A DNA stretch of 64,000 nt from Eledone cirrhosa. Lineage: Eukaryota. A program made the translations under genes and the position numbers. Below the pieces are notes generated by a model, which worked only from the letters and a program-made list of their open reading frames with translations, searched no databases and had not been told where the DNA came from. Numbering within the stretch: position 1 is the first letter of the stretch; each line of letters begins with the position of its first letter. This document shows positions 28,238 through 40,465 of the stretch, piece by piece. Location: NCBI GenBank assembly GCA_964016885.1, contig OZ024755.1, positions 38,564,001-38,628,000 of the forward strand. The letters are read 5' to 3'.

Positions 28238-29700
28238 TGTGAATTCAGTAATTGGGGAATTAGAATATGAACAAGCCTACAGATATCTAGGGATAAATGA
28301 AGGCCAAGGGATTCACCACGCCAGCATGAAAGAGAGAATGAGGAAGGAATGCTACTGGAGAGTATGTGCTGTCATGAAAACAGAACTTAACTCGAGAAAT
28401 AAAATATCTGCCATAAATACACTTGCAATCCCAGTTGTGACCAACAGTTTCAATATCATAAATTGGAACTTTAACGAAATTAAGAAAATGGACATAAAAA
28501 ATCAGGAAACTTTTGACCTGTAATAAACTATATCACCCACAAGCAAATGTGGATCGCCTCTATCTCCCTAGACAAAATGGAGGTAGAGGAATGATCCAGC
28601 TAGAATTTTCGTATATGATATCGACTATTGGACTCAATCAGTACTTTAAAACCACAAACAACTGGATGATGAAAATGGTTGCAGTTCACAAAGGAAGGAA
28701 GAGGTTACATTCAGTCACAAAGGAAAGTAGGAAGTTTGTGGAAGAACTGGGAATACAGTTTGAAAATAATAATGGCGATTCTGCAATTAAAGCCGCAGAG
28801 AATATCAAAGTGTTGTCAAAATATGAAAACTCTGCACTAATGGGAGCAAAAACCACCTCATGGGTAGTATGTTCTTCGTTGCAAAGAACCTGATGTAGAT
28901 CAAACTCTCAGCCATCAGTGGCTACGGAGCACTGGGCTAAAGGAAGAGTGAGGGCTTCAGTTTGGCTGCAGAAGACCAGTGTCTTTCAACGTGCAACTTT
29001 CAAGCCAATATGATCAGAAATGGAACTGACCAAAAGTGTTAATTCTGCGATGAGCATGTTGAGACCATTATGCAACTAGTTACAGGCTGCGCGGTATTAG
29101 CTGCCCAGGAATATAAAACGAAGCATGATAGAGTAGGGCAATACTTACACTGGATTTTATGGTCTGAAAATGAAGGGAAAACTGTACAACCATCACCCAG
29201 ATGCAGTGACAGTAGGCGAGAACGCAAGAATCCTCTGGGATTTCCCTGTGAATACTGACAGAACAATCAAGGCCAACAGACCTGATATAATTGTGAAGGA
29301 CCATAAAGAGAAAACATGTTACTTAATTGACACGAGCATTCCATCAGATTGTAATATCTCCTCAAAAGAGTTTGGAAAGCTCAGTAAATATAAAGATCTA
29401 TCAATTGAAATTGAGAAAATGTGACCCCTTAAGGCCTGTACAATACCAATGATAGTCAGCGCACTTGGAATTATAAAAAAGGGAACTGAAATATATTTGG
29501 ACCTGATACCTGGAAAACAATCTCTGCAAGAAATACAGAAAATAGTGCTCACTGGTACTGCCCATGTCCTAACAAGGACATTATCAATTTTAAAATCTTT
29601 GGAATCTGTTGTTTGTGCCCTTGTGGTATCTTTTGTGTGACAATTGATTGTAAAATGTGAGAATTATCAAATTTTGCCTCAGGTGCCAGCTTGACACTTC
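28238..29700 (+). mobile_element. 5'-truncated R4/Dong-type non-LTR retrotransposon (RT C-terminus, zinc knuckle, restriction-like endonuclease), frameshifted
   Basis: YRYLGI, AINTLAIPVV, VDRLYLPRQNGGRG, HDRVGQYLHW, ILWDFPVNTDRTIKANRPDIIV...LIDTSIP...KLSKY motifs across broken ORFs. Confidence 0.88.
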
Positions 29701-29734
29701 GCATGATTTGGAAAGAAGCAGAACTCAATAATTC

Positions 29735-29901
29735 TTTCTAATTTTGGCACAAGGCCAGCAATCATCCCAGTTTATCGACCCCGTAAGGATGAAAGGCAAA
29801 GTTAAACTCGGCGGGATTTGAACTCAGATCGTAAAGGGATGTAACTCTATGCTGCAAAGCATGGCGTCCGACCCTCTACCGATACTGGCAATCCACCGCC
29901 C
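29735..29901 (-). mobile_element. tRNA-derived SINE (octopus OK-like family)
   Basis: Core TCGACCCCGTAAGGATGAAAGGCAAAG and B-box complement GGATTTGAACTC. Confidence 0.85.
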
Positions 29902-29924
29902 TATAATAATAATAATAATAATGA

Positions 29925-31046
29925 TGATTTCATTTATTAACCACAAGGGCCGACATGTAGGGGACAATACAGGGACAGTAGGGGTTTACAATAAGGTCGA
30001 GTAAAAGTGCACAATGGCAAGACTAATTTAATAATGAAGATATAAAAAAATATAAAATAAACTATGCATAAATATAACAAAATAAATTCCCCAATAGGGG
30101 GTGGACGACCCAGGGGTGACTCAGGTACCCCACCAATCCTGAACCACCCTGCGCTTCTAGTGCACTCGGGAGAGCACTCCTCTCCTCCTCAAATTAACCA
30201 GCCTATAGGCGCATGTTCGCCATTCTCGCTACATTCATCCACCTTTTAGCAAATGTACTGGGCGGCAGCACTTCTCTCTCCCCCCCCCCCGAATGATAAA
30301 CGGCGACCACACCTGTTCACCGTTTAGGCTGAATATCGGGAGATGTCGCAGCCTCAGCGCATGTCTGCGCATCATTAGCCATTGCATGCCCAGCCCTCCG
30401 CGTAGAGGGTGCTGGCAGCAGATGGACCGCCTCACCAACGGGACTTGTCCTCTCCACAAGAGTTTGAAGAGGAGCCGTTCCAACCTGGTGCGGCGCGGAC
30501 GGGGGCAAGGCACGGCGGTCAGGCGGTAGGAGGTGACGGACGCGATGTACACTTTCTCCACCTCCGCGTGACCTTTCAGTGATAGCTTCCTCGCAGCCCA
30601 TTTCTGGGTGAGTCTGGCTATCCTGCTCGTTACCTCGTCCCAATTCTTTTCCACCTGGAGGTCTGGTCCGAACCAAACTCCGAGCACCTTTACCGGTCCG
30701 TCCGTCCAGCGCCCACAAGCCTGTTGGGCGGCATGGACTTATCTCTTCAGGTGCTGAGCTGCACGCCCACCGACTTTTCCGTCAACCTTTCATATTCCTC
30801 CAATAAGTTGCCGACCTCCTCGATTTCTGAGGTGTCCGACACCATTACGGTGATGTCGTCCGCATAAGCCGACACAGCCCTTCCGCGTCCCGGTTCGAGC
30901 GGGATGTCCTGCAGCAGCTCCAGCTTCCGCAGTAAAGGCTCGAGAGCCAATACGCACAGAAGGGTGGAGAGAGGGCTCCCTTGACGGACCGATCGGGAGA
31001 CCTGAAACGGTTCCGAGAGGTGGCCATTAACCTTGACCACCGAGCA

Positions 31047-31047
<1 letters not shown>
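29925..31047 (-). mobile_element. 5'-truncated L1/Tx1-clade LINE RT fragment flanked by (AAT)n
   Basis: VRQGSPLS, LEPLLRKL, AYADDITV, LGVWFG, WAARKLSLKG, GGLGM motifs; GC-rich; (AAT)n on both sides (~29904-29921, 31048-31085). Confidence 0.88.
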
Positions 31048-31087
<40 letters not shown>

Positions 31088-31478
31088 GAAATAAGAGGAA
31101 TGATATTTATAATTTGGGCTAGTTTAGGATTAAAACAAAATTGTATTCATTCAGAAGATTAAATATCTGCATAAAAAAGGTAGCACCGTGAAGGGAAACA
31201 TGTTAACTTCGCCATTACATCCCTATTAGTGAGATAACGGTCAGATTATTACATCATTTGAATGCTAACTAAAATTCTTGCGTATTCGTCTAACGTCCGT
31301 TGTATTTTCTTCCTGAATAGCTATCAGTGGACAGTTATCAGTGCTCTGGGGGTGAATAGTCATGTCTTATAAAGCATCCGAAACTCTAATAATCCCCAGA
31401 AGACAGCTTATAAGCGGGAAGTGTCCATGTGCATGTCTCTAACGAGTTTTCTGTTTCCTATATTAGTCTTACATTCTC

Positions 31479-31591
<113 letters not shown>

Positions 31592-31668
31592 GAAACACAC
31601 ATACACATACATACACACAGACGCACACACACACACATACACACAGACACACGCACGCACACACACAA

Positions 31669-31705
<37 letters not shown>

Positions 31706-31883
31706 CATATACGTTTAAATTTGGTGGTTCACCACTGCTGGGAAGAATTGGTCATTCTGCAATGTTAATCGTAATGTGTTCGTAGGAAAGCACTCGACGT
31801 TCCGCAACTCATCCACCTTTGATATTGAATCCTGCAGGTGGTGCAGGAAGGGAGTTAAATATATATATATATATATATATATA

Positions 31884-32061
31884 ATTGTTTCAACCTTTTG
31901 GCACAAGGCCAGCAATTATCTCAGTGCATTACTGGTACTTTATTTTATCGCCCCTGTAAGGATGAAAGGCAAAGTTAACCTCGGCGGGATTTGAACTCAG
32001 AATGGCAAGGGCCGTAACTCTGTGCTGCAAAGCTTGGTGTCCGACTCTCTACCGATACTGG

Positions 32062-32062
<1 letters not shown>
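31884..32062 (-). mobile_element. tRNA-derived SINE (OK-like)
   Basis: Same core as 29735-29901. Confidence 0.85.
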
Positions 32063-32112
<50 letters not shown>

Positions 32113-32214
32113 CGTGTATGTTTACATATATGTACATATACGTATGTATATATGTATGAATGTGTGTATGTATATACATGTATATATGTAAATGTATGTA
32201 TATATATATATATA

Positions 32215-32790
32215 TGAATAAAGTTAGTCCTTCATCAGTGATCTTCCAACCATCATTGGTATTTCATCGCTTTAAAGACCATATACCTCCGGTTGGTGCA
32301 AGCAACGGCTAAAAAAAGTCGTTGGGACAGGTAAATAAAGGGAACACGAGAGTGTAAACAAACAAAGATGGTGAAGCAACGAAAAATGAGGAAGAACGAG
32401 TCAAGTCCCAAATTTCCATGAATATAAGTTCGGTGAAATCGTGAACGAGAGAGAATAAAGACCATTAAACCTGGCTGGAATGTGAGCAAGGAAGGAATTC
32501 CGTACAGGTCTAACGGGAGGAAGAAGGGATCTAGTCTGTGAATTCGGTGAACGTAAGTTCTGTGAAATCGTAGACGAGAGAGAGAGAGAGAGAGAAAAAG
32601 CGACCTGCCTGACCAAGGGTGCGAAAGAAAAGAATTACGCACAGGTCAAACGGGAAGAAGAAGGAGGAGGAGAGGTAGTAACAGAGAGTGAGGGAGTGAA
32701 GGGTGAAGAAGAGGCTAACAGAGAGAGTGACTGTTAGAGAGGGTAAAGATACAGAGAAAGAAGAAGCAGTAAGAACGAAATAGACGGGTC
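32215..32790 (-). mobile_element. Interspersed repeat homologous to 37225-37690, ending in GAAA...CTGATGA hammerhead-like boxes
   Basis: Reverse complement aligns with 37460-37640 (GCGATGAAATACC-ATGAT...ATCACTGATGA-GGACT); internal ~130-bp duplication. Confidence 0.6.
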
Positions 32791-32872
32791 ACAGCGGGGG
32801 GAAAAAATATGTGTAACTATGAGAATAAACGTGCTGCGTGATTGCAAATGGGTTACATATGAATAAAGTTAG

Positions 32873-32981
32873 ACATGTGTAATATATGCATCTTATATGT
32901 AGAAACAAATTATACGTATTTATATAAATATCTTTGTGTTGATGTGTTTGTGTATCTCTTAATATATATACATATATATAT

Positions 32982-33050
<69 letters not shown>

Positions 33051-33135
33051 GAGATACACAAACACATCAACACAAAGATATTTATATAAATACGTATAAT
33101 TTGTTTCTACATATAAGATGCATATATTACACATG
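32873..33135. repeat. Inverted repeat (~95-bp arms) around a (TA)n core
   Basis: CATGTGTAATATATGCATC...GTATCTCTTAA mirrored by TTAAGAGATAC...GATGCATATATTACACATG. Confidence 0.92.
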
Positions 33136-33162
33136 TGTAATTTCATACATGTTTGAATCACA

Positions 33163-33241
<79 letters not shown>

Positions 33242-33278
33242 TATATACTTATATACATATATATATATACATATATAC

Positions 33279-33316
<38 letters not shown>

Positions 33317-34694
33317 CTCTGTGTTTGCGCGTGTGTGAGTGTTTGCACCTATATGTTTGTATGCGTGTACGTAGGTGTGTGCCACTCTGTTCATCTACAT
33401 ACATACATTACATGCCAACAGGCAAGTATTGTTAACTTTCCAAAGAAGCCTATAATAAAATCACATTTTTCTTTTTCAAAGATATTCTTTAATGGTCTCC
33501 CTCCTAAGAACCTAATTTAATAAATCTTATTTCATATACAGTATCCTGCTACTACAATATATAGTTTTTCTGTTGCCTGCTACTAAATGCTTTCAGTTTA
33601 TTCATCGGCTTAGTAGGTGGATACGATCTCACAGGAGTTGTAACACAATACACTAACTCGCTTGTCTTATATAAAAGACACATTAATAACTCGTTTAACG
33701 ACTTCATAGAAGTTACATTAGTTACTCGTTTAACAACTTCATAGAAGTTACATTAGTTACTCGTTTAACGACTTTGTAGAAGTTACATTAGTAACTCGTT
33801 TAACAACTTCATAGAAGTTACATTAGTTACTCGTTTAACAACTTCATAGAAGTTACATTAGTTACTCGTTTAACGACTTTGTAGAAGTTACATTAGTAAC
33901 TCGTTTAACAACTTCATAGAAGTTACATTAGTTACTCGTTTAACGACTTTGTAGAAGTTACATTAGTAACTCGTTTAACGACTTCATAGAAGTTACATTA
34001 GTTACTCGTTTAACGACATATATAATAGAAGATGCATTAATAACTCGTTTAACAACTTATGTCAACATGAATGGACCTGTTATTTTCATCTAAAGACATT
34101 TTTTCCAATTCCAACGCGCCCGTTCCCTCAATCTGTCTTATTTCTCATCCTTTTTTCTGATCAACGACTTATATGGAAGTTACATTACTAACATTTTAAC
34201 GACTTATATATGATAGAAGATACATTAATAACTCGTTTAACGACGTATTTATGATTGAAGATACATTAATAACTCATTTAAAGACTTATATATGACAGAA
34301 GATACGTTAATAACTCGTTTAACGACTTATTTATGATAGAAAATACATTAATAACTCGTTTGAAGACTTATATATAAGATACATAGTAACTCGTTTAACG
34401 ACTAATTTATGATAGAAGATACATTAATAACTCGTTTAACGACGTATTTATGATAGAAGATACATTAACAACTCGTTTAACGACTTATTTATGATTGAAG
34501 ATACATTAGTAACTCGTTTAAAGACTTATATATGACAGAAGATACGTTAATAACTCGTTTAACGACTTATTTATGATAGAAAATACATTAATAACTCGTT
34601 TGAAGACTTATATATAAGATACATAGTAACTCGTTTAATAACTTATTTATGATAGAAGATACATTAATAACTCGTTTAACGACTTATATATAAG

Positions 34695-35720
34695 ACTAGC
34701 ATTAAAGCCCGGCGTTGCTCGGGGTCAGTAAGTTACCAAAGTTAGGGTGCACCACCCATTTTATGGCAGCACTTTTTTGCCTGCCAGGCACTGTGTGAAT
34801 GAATTGCAGACATGGACTGCCGAAGCAGGAGCTGCGCCAGCAGTGACAATTGTAATTTCGCCTATGGATATTATCTCTGTGCAAAGAAGTGTTGAAATTT
34901 ATTGTTTCACAGTACTTGCGCAACACGCGCGTAGACGATGCCAGCCGAACAACAGAGCTGCGATGGAGTTGTTCTGCATGGTTGTCTAATGTGTGTTTTC
35001 TAAATTTAAGACAGTAGGGAGGGTGTGATATGGGGGAGAGTTAGCTGCTGTTTCTAGCAGGTTTAGTGACCTCATAGAGGATATGTTTTCTAAATTTAAG
35101 ACAGTAGGGAGTTGTGTGATATGGGGGATAGTTAGCTGCTGTTTCTAGCAGGTTTAGTGACCTCATAGAGGATATTATTGTGTATAGTAAATGAACTGAT
35201 ACTTCTTTCTTCCACATTCGTTGAGAAATGTTTTAAAAAAGATTTATCGCTATTTTTGTTGTTGTTGAATAAATTTATCTGTTGCTTTTGAATAATTGTT
35301 GTTTCGTATGAAATGTAATAAGTTCTCTTTGTCATTGAAGTAAATAAATGTTTGACCGTTCCACACTCAAAAACAAACTTCCCCCTCTCTCTCTCCCTCT
35401 CACTCTCTCTCTCTTAAAGTTTGTAAGTTTAATCGTATAGCAGAGAAAGTTGCAGCATGTATGTAGTTTTATTGAATTTTAAGAGGAGTAGGGAGAGGTA
35501 AACTGATTGTATTAGAGGGTTAAAGCGTCATGTATTTAGTTTTATCGATTATTTCCGTAATTGTGGGGGAGTTTGAATGAAATAAATAATCGTTGACCTA
35601 CGTTAGCCAATTTACAACATTCTTACAGACTTTGAGTCGAATCGGTTTGAAATTGTGCAAATGTATAAACATGGAACATGTGCACACACACAACAACAAC
35701 AATCTGCTTGTTATAGATAA
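34695..35720 (+). mobile_element. HINE/DINE-1-like (Helentron-associated) non-autonomous element
   Basis: 5' ACTAGC...CCCGGCGTTGCTCGGG hairpin; internal ~72-bp duplication (34995-35175); 3' microsatellite ACACAACAAC then TTATAGAT. Confidence 0.6.
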
Positions 35721-35905
35721 TTGTTTCTACTTTAGGCACAAGGCCAGCAATTACCCAGTTCATTACTGGTACTTTATTTTATCGACCCCGTAAGGATGAA
35801 AGGCAAAGTCAACCTCGGCGCGATTTGAACTCAGATCGTAAAGGGACGTAACTATGCTGGAAAGCATGGCGTCCGACCCTCTACCGATACTGCCAATCCA
35901 CCGTC
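35719..35905 (-). mobile_element. tRNA-derived SINE (OK-like)
   Basis: Full-length copy with the shared core and B-box complement. Confidence 0.87.
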
Positions 35906-36399
35906 TTTTATAGATAATGATACATAGTAACTCGTTTAACAACTTATATATGATAGAAGATACATTAATAACTCGTTTAGCGACTTATATATAAGATACA
36001 TAGTAACTCGTTTAACGATTTATATATGATAGAACATACATTAATAACTCGTTTAACGACTAATCGTAAAACTTGCAATCTTGTGAGGGACTACACCACA
36101 CTTAACATTCATTTGAACTCATCAAAAGCTTCTCTTTCTGTTCTTCATATCCCTACACTCTTGTTGTTGTTGTTGTTGTTGTTGGTGGTGGTGGTCTTTT
36201 TCTTCTTCTTCTTCTTGAGTCGATAAATAAAGTACCAGTAATGCACTGGGGTTGCTTTTATCTACTTCTTCCTCTCCCTTAAATAGTTAGCCTTGTACCT
36301 AAATCAGAAACCATTATAAAGGGCAGTAGATTGCCAGTATTGGTAGAATGTCGGAAAACATGCTTTGTTACATAAGGTTACGGCCCTTCGGGTGATTTT

Positions 36400-37135
36400 C
36401 TGCTAGCATGTGTAGTGTACATATTGATATTATACGCAAATATATACGCATATAGATATGATACGTCAAATAAAATCGCAATTGACAATATGCACAGAAA
36501 TTGGACGAAGTGTGCATTACACTGTCTTCTGTAATCAGTAAAGTAATCCATGATACATTTTATTATATATAAACTGCAGTACGGTAAAATGAAAAAGGAG
36601 AAAATTAGCGACGGAAGTATAAACGTTATATAACGATGCAAATATATGAACGTTTATATAAACGATATGATATAGCATACGTTATATGATATAGCATATG
36701 ATATAGCATAAACGGAAGTATTGACATTTGAAAATTTTAAAAGAAGTGAATCTTAAAATAAGCAATCATTATATATAAGAATGGATTAGCAGTATCGGTA
36801 GAGGGTCGGACGCCATGCATTGCAGCAAAGAGTTACGGCCCTTTGTGGTCTGAGTTCAAATCCCACCGAGGTTAACTTTGCCTCTCATCCTTACGGGGGT
36901 CGATAAAATAAAGTACCAGTAATACACTGGGATAATTGCTGGCCTTGTGGCAAAAGTAGAAACAATTATATATGAGAATATTTATGTTTAATCAACAGCT
37001 ACGAAATTTAGTACATAATTTATGTAATATTCATTTAGCATTTATTCAAAGTAATCCAACTTATTTTACTAACGGGATAAAAGAATATATTCAGGACGCA
37101 GTCCCTACACTCCCCCCTTTATTATATTATAGTAT
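36400..37135 (+). mobile_element. Second copy of the 165-600 repeat, carrying a SINE insertion
   Basis: Colinear with 165-600 on both sides of 36779-36969. Confidence 0.6.
36779..36969 (+). mobile_element. tRNA-derived SINE (OK-like), sense orientation
   Basis: A-box-like TAGCAGTATCGG, B-box GAGTTCAAATCC, core TCATCCTTACGGGGGTCGATAAAATAAAGTACCAG. Confidence 0.87.
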
Positions 37136-37224
37136 TATATTATGATATATATATATATAAATGTAAGTATGTATGTATACGTACATACATATATGTATAC
37201 AGACGTACAGTAGCATGCATATTA

Positions 37225-37684
37225 CTCTCTTACTTTCTTTCGTCCCCTCTGCCACGTCAGTTAACTCTTTCTCTCTACTGACCTCTTCCTCGCACTCCCA
37301 CTCACTCAGTCCCTGTTTCTCCCTTCTTTCTTCCTCCCGTTCGCTGGGAAAACGGTTTTCATTCTTTCTAACACCGGATTCACTAGCGAAAGGTCTGTTT
37401 TCTTGACTCGCTCATATATTCACACAGCTTATGCTGAAAGAATAACTATGTTGCTTGTGTTTATTTCCATCTTCGGTTAGCTTCCCCCTGTGTTGTTTAC
37501 TTGTCTCACTCGCTTTACGCGTTTCTTTTGTCCTAATAACTTATTTTAGTTATTATCGCTCCAACGTGAGGTATATGATTTTTAATGCGATGAAATACCC
37601 ATGATCGTTTGGTAAATCACTGATGAGGGACTCATTTTATAACATGTTATCCATGTGCAACAGCAGTATTCTACTCACCCATAT

Positions 37685-37690
<6 letters not shown>
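37225..37690 (+). mobile_element. Interspersed repeat with CTGATGA box (homologue of 32215-32790)
   Basis: GAAATACCCATGAT...ATCACTGATGAGGGA at 37592-37630. Confidence 0.55.
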
Positions 37691-37734
<44 letters not shown>

Positions 37735-37739
<5 letters not shown>

Positions 37740-37844
37740 CAGGTACACATACATATATGTACGTATCAGTTTAGCGGACGTTTATTATAACGTTTATAAT
37801 AAACGTCCGCTAAACTGATACGTACATATATGTATGTGTACCTG

Positions 37845-37851
<7 letters not shown>
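37735..37851. repeat. TA-flanked perfect hairpin (~55-bp arms)
   Basis: CATACAGGTACAC...GGACGTTTATTATAA / TTATAATAAACGTCC...GTGTACCTGTATG. Confidence 0.92.
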
Positions 37852-37886
<35 letters not shown>

Positions 37887-37998
37887 TGCTACTGTACGTC
37901 TGTATACATATATGTATGTACGTATACATACATACTTACATTTAAGTAAGTGCCGTACTAAGAGTGAGAAATGAAATTTGGTTTTCATTCTATTACAA

Positions 37999-38094
<96 letters not shown>

Positions 38095-38140
38095 CCTTAT
38101 CGAGCTCTCTTCGAATTTTAGTCTTCACATTTATTTTTAT

Positions 38141-38228
<88 letters not shown>

Positions 38229-38350
38229 GTAAGATAAACACAAGCATAAAGACAATTCCTGCTGCATATACATATATATGCATATATCGCATCCCACAAT
38301 AACAAGATGGTGTAGGACAGAAGAAAGGAGAAACACAAAATAACAAATCA

Positions 38351-38393
38351 GTCACTGAGAATGTCATAGAATGTGTGACGAAAGAGCTTTGAC
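38351..38393 (+). ncRNA. Degenerate type I hammerhead-like motif
   Basis: GTCA-CTGAGAA-T-GTCATA gaatg TGTGAC-GAAA-GAGC-TT-TGAC; stems I and II pair, core has G8A. Confidence 0.5.
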
Positions 38394-38513
38394 AATAAAC
38401 AAATAAACAACCATCCGGCTATTAAACTGACTGGAAGTTTATAATAAATTGAAGGGAAAACCAACAGGTGCGTGTGTTTTTATTGGCAGCATGACCCCTC
38501 CTAAATTATAGCA

Positions 38514-38548
<35 letters not shown>

Positions 38549-38670
38549 CGTGTGTGTATGTATATATATATATATATGTGTGTTGCGGGTGTGGGTGTGT
38601 ACATACACATTATAGGTCAAAAAACATATTTCTAAATTGAAGTATTTGTTAAACTTTTGAAATTTCTTTG

Positions 38671-38792
<122 letters not shown>

Positions 38793-39241
38793 GTGTGATT
38801 GTGTAAATATATACATATATGTGTGTGTGTGTATTTCAAAAATGCCAACATCTCTTGGTAGTAAGAAATATGTCTGCTCTAGCTGTTTTTTTCCTAACGA
38901 GTTTATTGTTGAACGATAGTCTTGGTTTGGCAAAACATGTTATAATTAACGTTACATCTTAAGAGCATTCCTTTTTCTAGTTCTTCCGTTATGGATCTTC
39001 TCTTGCTTAGACTGGTTTATCTTTTCAAAATATACATCTAGACTAGGATGTCGCCAGGGGATTAAAATCGTTATCTACCAACTCCTCTCCACAGCACAAA
39101 GAATGGAAAACAATATATATCTCGTTATCGACATCATTGTTATTGCCTTATTGTTAATATGTAGTACCGCCAACAGAACTTTTTAATAATGATGGCACTG
39201 CCAGAGGACGTCGGTTCATAGAAATATATGTTTAATATATG

Positions 39242-39272
<31 letters not shown>

Positions 39273-39397
39273 CAAGTTATAAGGATGAAAACATTATTTA
39301 CGTTTTATGAAATTTGAAATGTCAACAGAAATATGTGATAGAGATAAGAACTGCAATTGTGATAACCGAAACTGACTTTCGATTCAGTTTCAATCTA

Positions 39398-40035
39398 TAC
39401 GAGGGCTGTCGAAAAACTGACTCATTTTGCTTTTTTCTTGTGGGAAGTAATGGTGTTAGGGAGAGAAAACTGCGCCAAGTCAGAGTGGAGTAGCATACAT
39501 TCGTGCGCATGCATGTTTTTTGCGGGCTCACTGGATGTGTGAGTCGCTGTCAGGTACTACTTCATCGTCACATTTTCATTTCGCTCGGGATGAGTTGAGA
39601 AACCAAATATTTCCAATCACAACAAAAGCTTGCAACATCTCCAAGCCCAAATATGCCTGGTGCCAAACCAAGGTGAGACTGACTGTTTTCTTCGTGAACT
39701 ACCGAGACAGTGTGCTTCACCGATACGCACCAGAAAGATAAACAGTTACAAAGGAATAATATCAGGAAGTCCTCCGACATTTTCCTGATGCAGTTCGATG
39801 CAAAAGACCGGATCTCTGGCATTCTTAACAGTAACAGTTGCTTCACGACAGCGCTCACCTCATTCATCACAGCGGTTCCATGGTTTCTTGGCAAAGAATG
39901 GCATTTCACGCATTCGCCAGCCTCCCTACTCCTGAGAAATGGCTTCTTCTGACTTCTGTTTTTCCTCCAAAATATAGATGCTTTAAGAACCGAGAGCACA
40001 TCATGGGGTCTGCATCAGCAGTTGAGAGCCTCTCT
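39398..40035 (+). mobile_element. Mariner (Tc1/mariner) transposon remnant
   Basis: TA-CGAGGG terminus; broken frames give KVRLTVFF, YQEVLRHFPDAVRCKRPDLW, LLHDSA and RQPPYS*EMASSDF (YSPDLAPSDF-like). Confidence 0.8.
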
Positions 40036-40054
40036 GGAAGAAGCATTCCAGATG

Positions 40055-40465
40055 GAATTATGGGGGCACTGGGATATGTTAGTAACTGCCTCAGTACAAA
40101 TCTTTAGAAGCTGGGCTTCACAGAACCAGAAAGAACACGACTAGTTAGGAAATTACAAGTACAATCCATTAATAGAACAGTAAAAATATGTAAAACTTTC
40201 CCAAAATTCTGTTTCTAATAAATGTATGAACACATGTTTAGATGCAAAACATATGCACACATATAACTCAAAACATCCACATCCACACATACAATAACAT
40301 CCATACGTGCACACACACGCATGCATGCAGACATGAATTCATATCTACCTAGTTGATGTTGTGTGAATTCCAATGAAAACGTCTTGTGTCTATGTTAGAA
40401 ACCTACTCTCTCTCTATTAGTAAAAAATCATAAAATTATAAAACCAGAGGAACATACATACATAC
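40055..40465 (+). mobile_element. 3'-end fragment of an R4/Dong-type LINE ending in (CATA)n
   Basis: Close match to 41665-42065 (GALGYVSNCL..., 3'UTR, AAATTATAAAACCAGA..AACATACATAC). Confidence 0.85.

Larger units (their letters stand above)
33650..36062. repeat. 35-41 bp minisatellite (TAACTCGTTTAACGACTT...) interrupted by a HINE-like element and a SINE
   Basis: 35-bp period at 33721-34010, ~36-41-bp variants at 34170-34690, resumes at ~35915-36062. Confidence 0.92.

Noticed and set aside
33580-33616. Minus-strand CTACTAAG-CCGATGA..GAAA-GCA-TTTAGTAG
   Set aside because: Good stem I, but no room for stem III/UH and a U4C core; could be chance.
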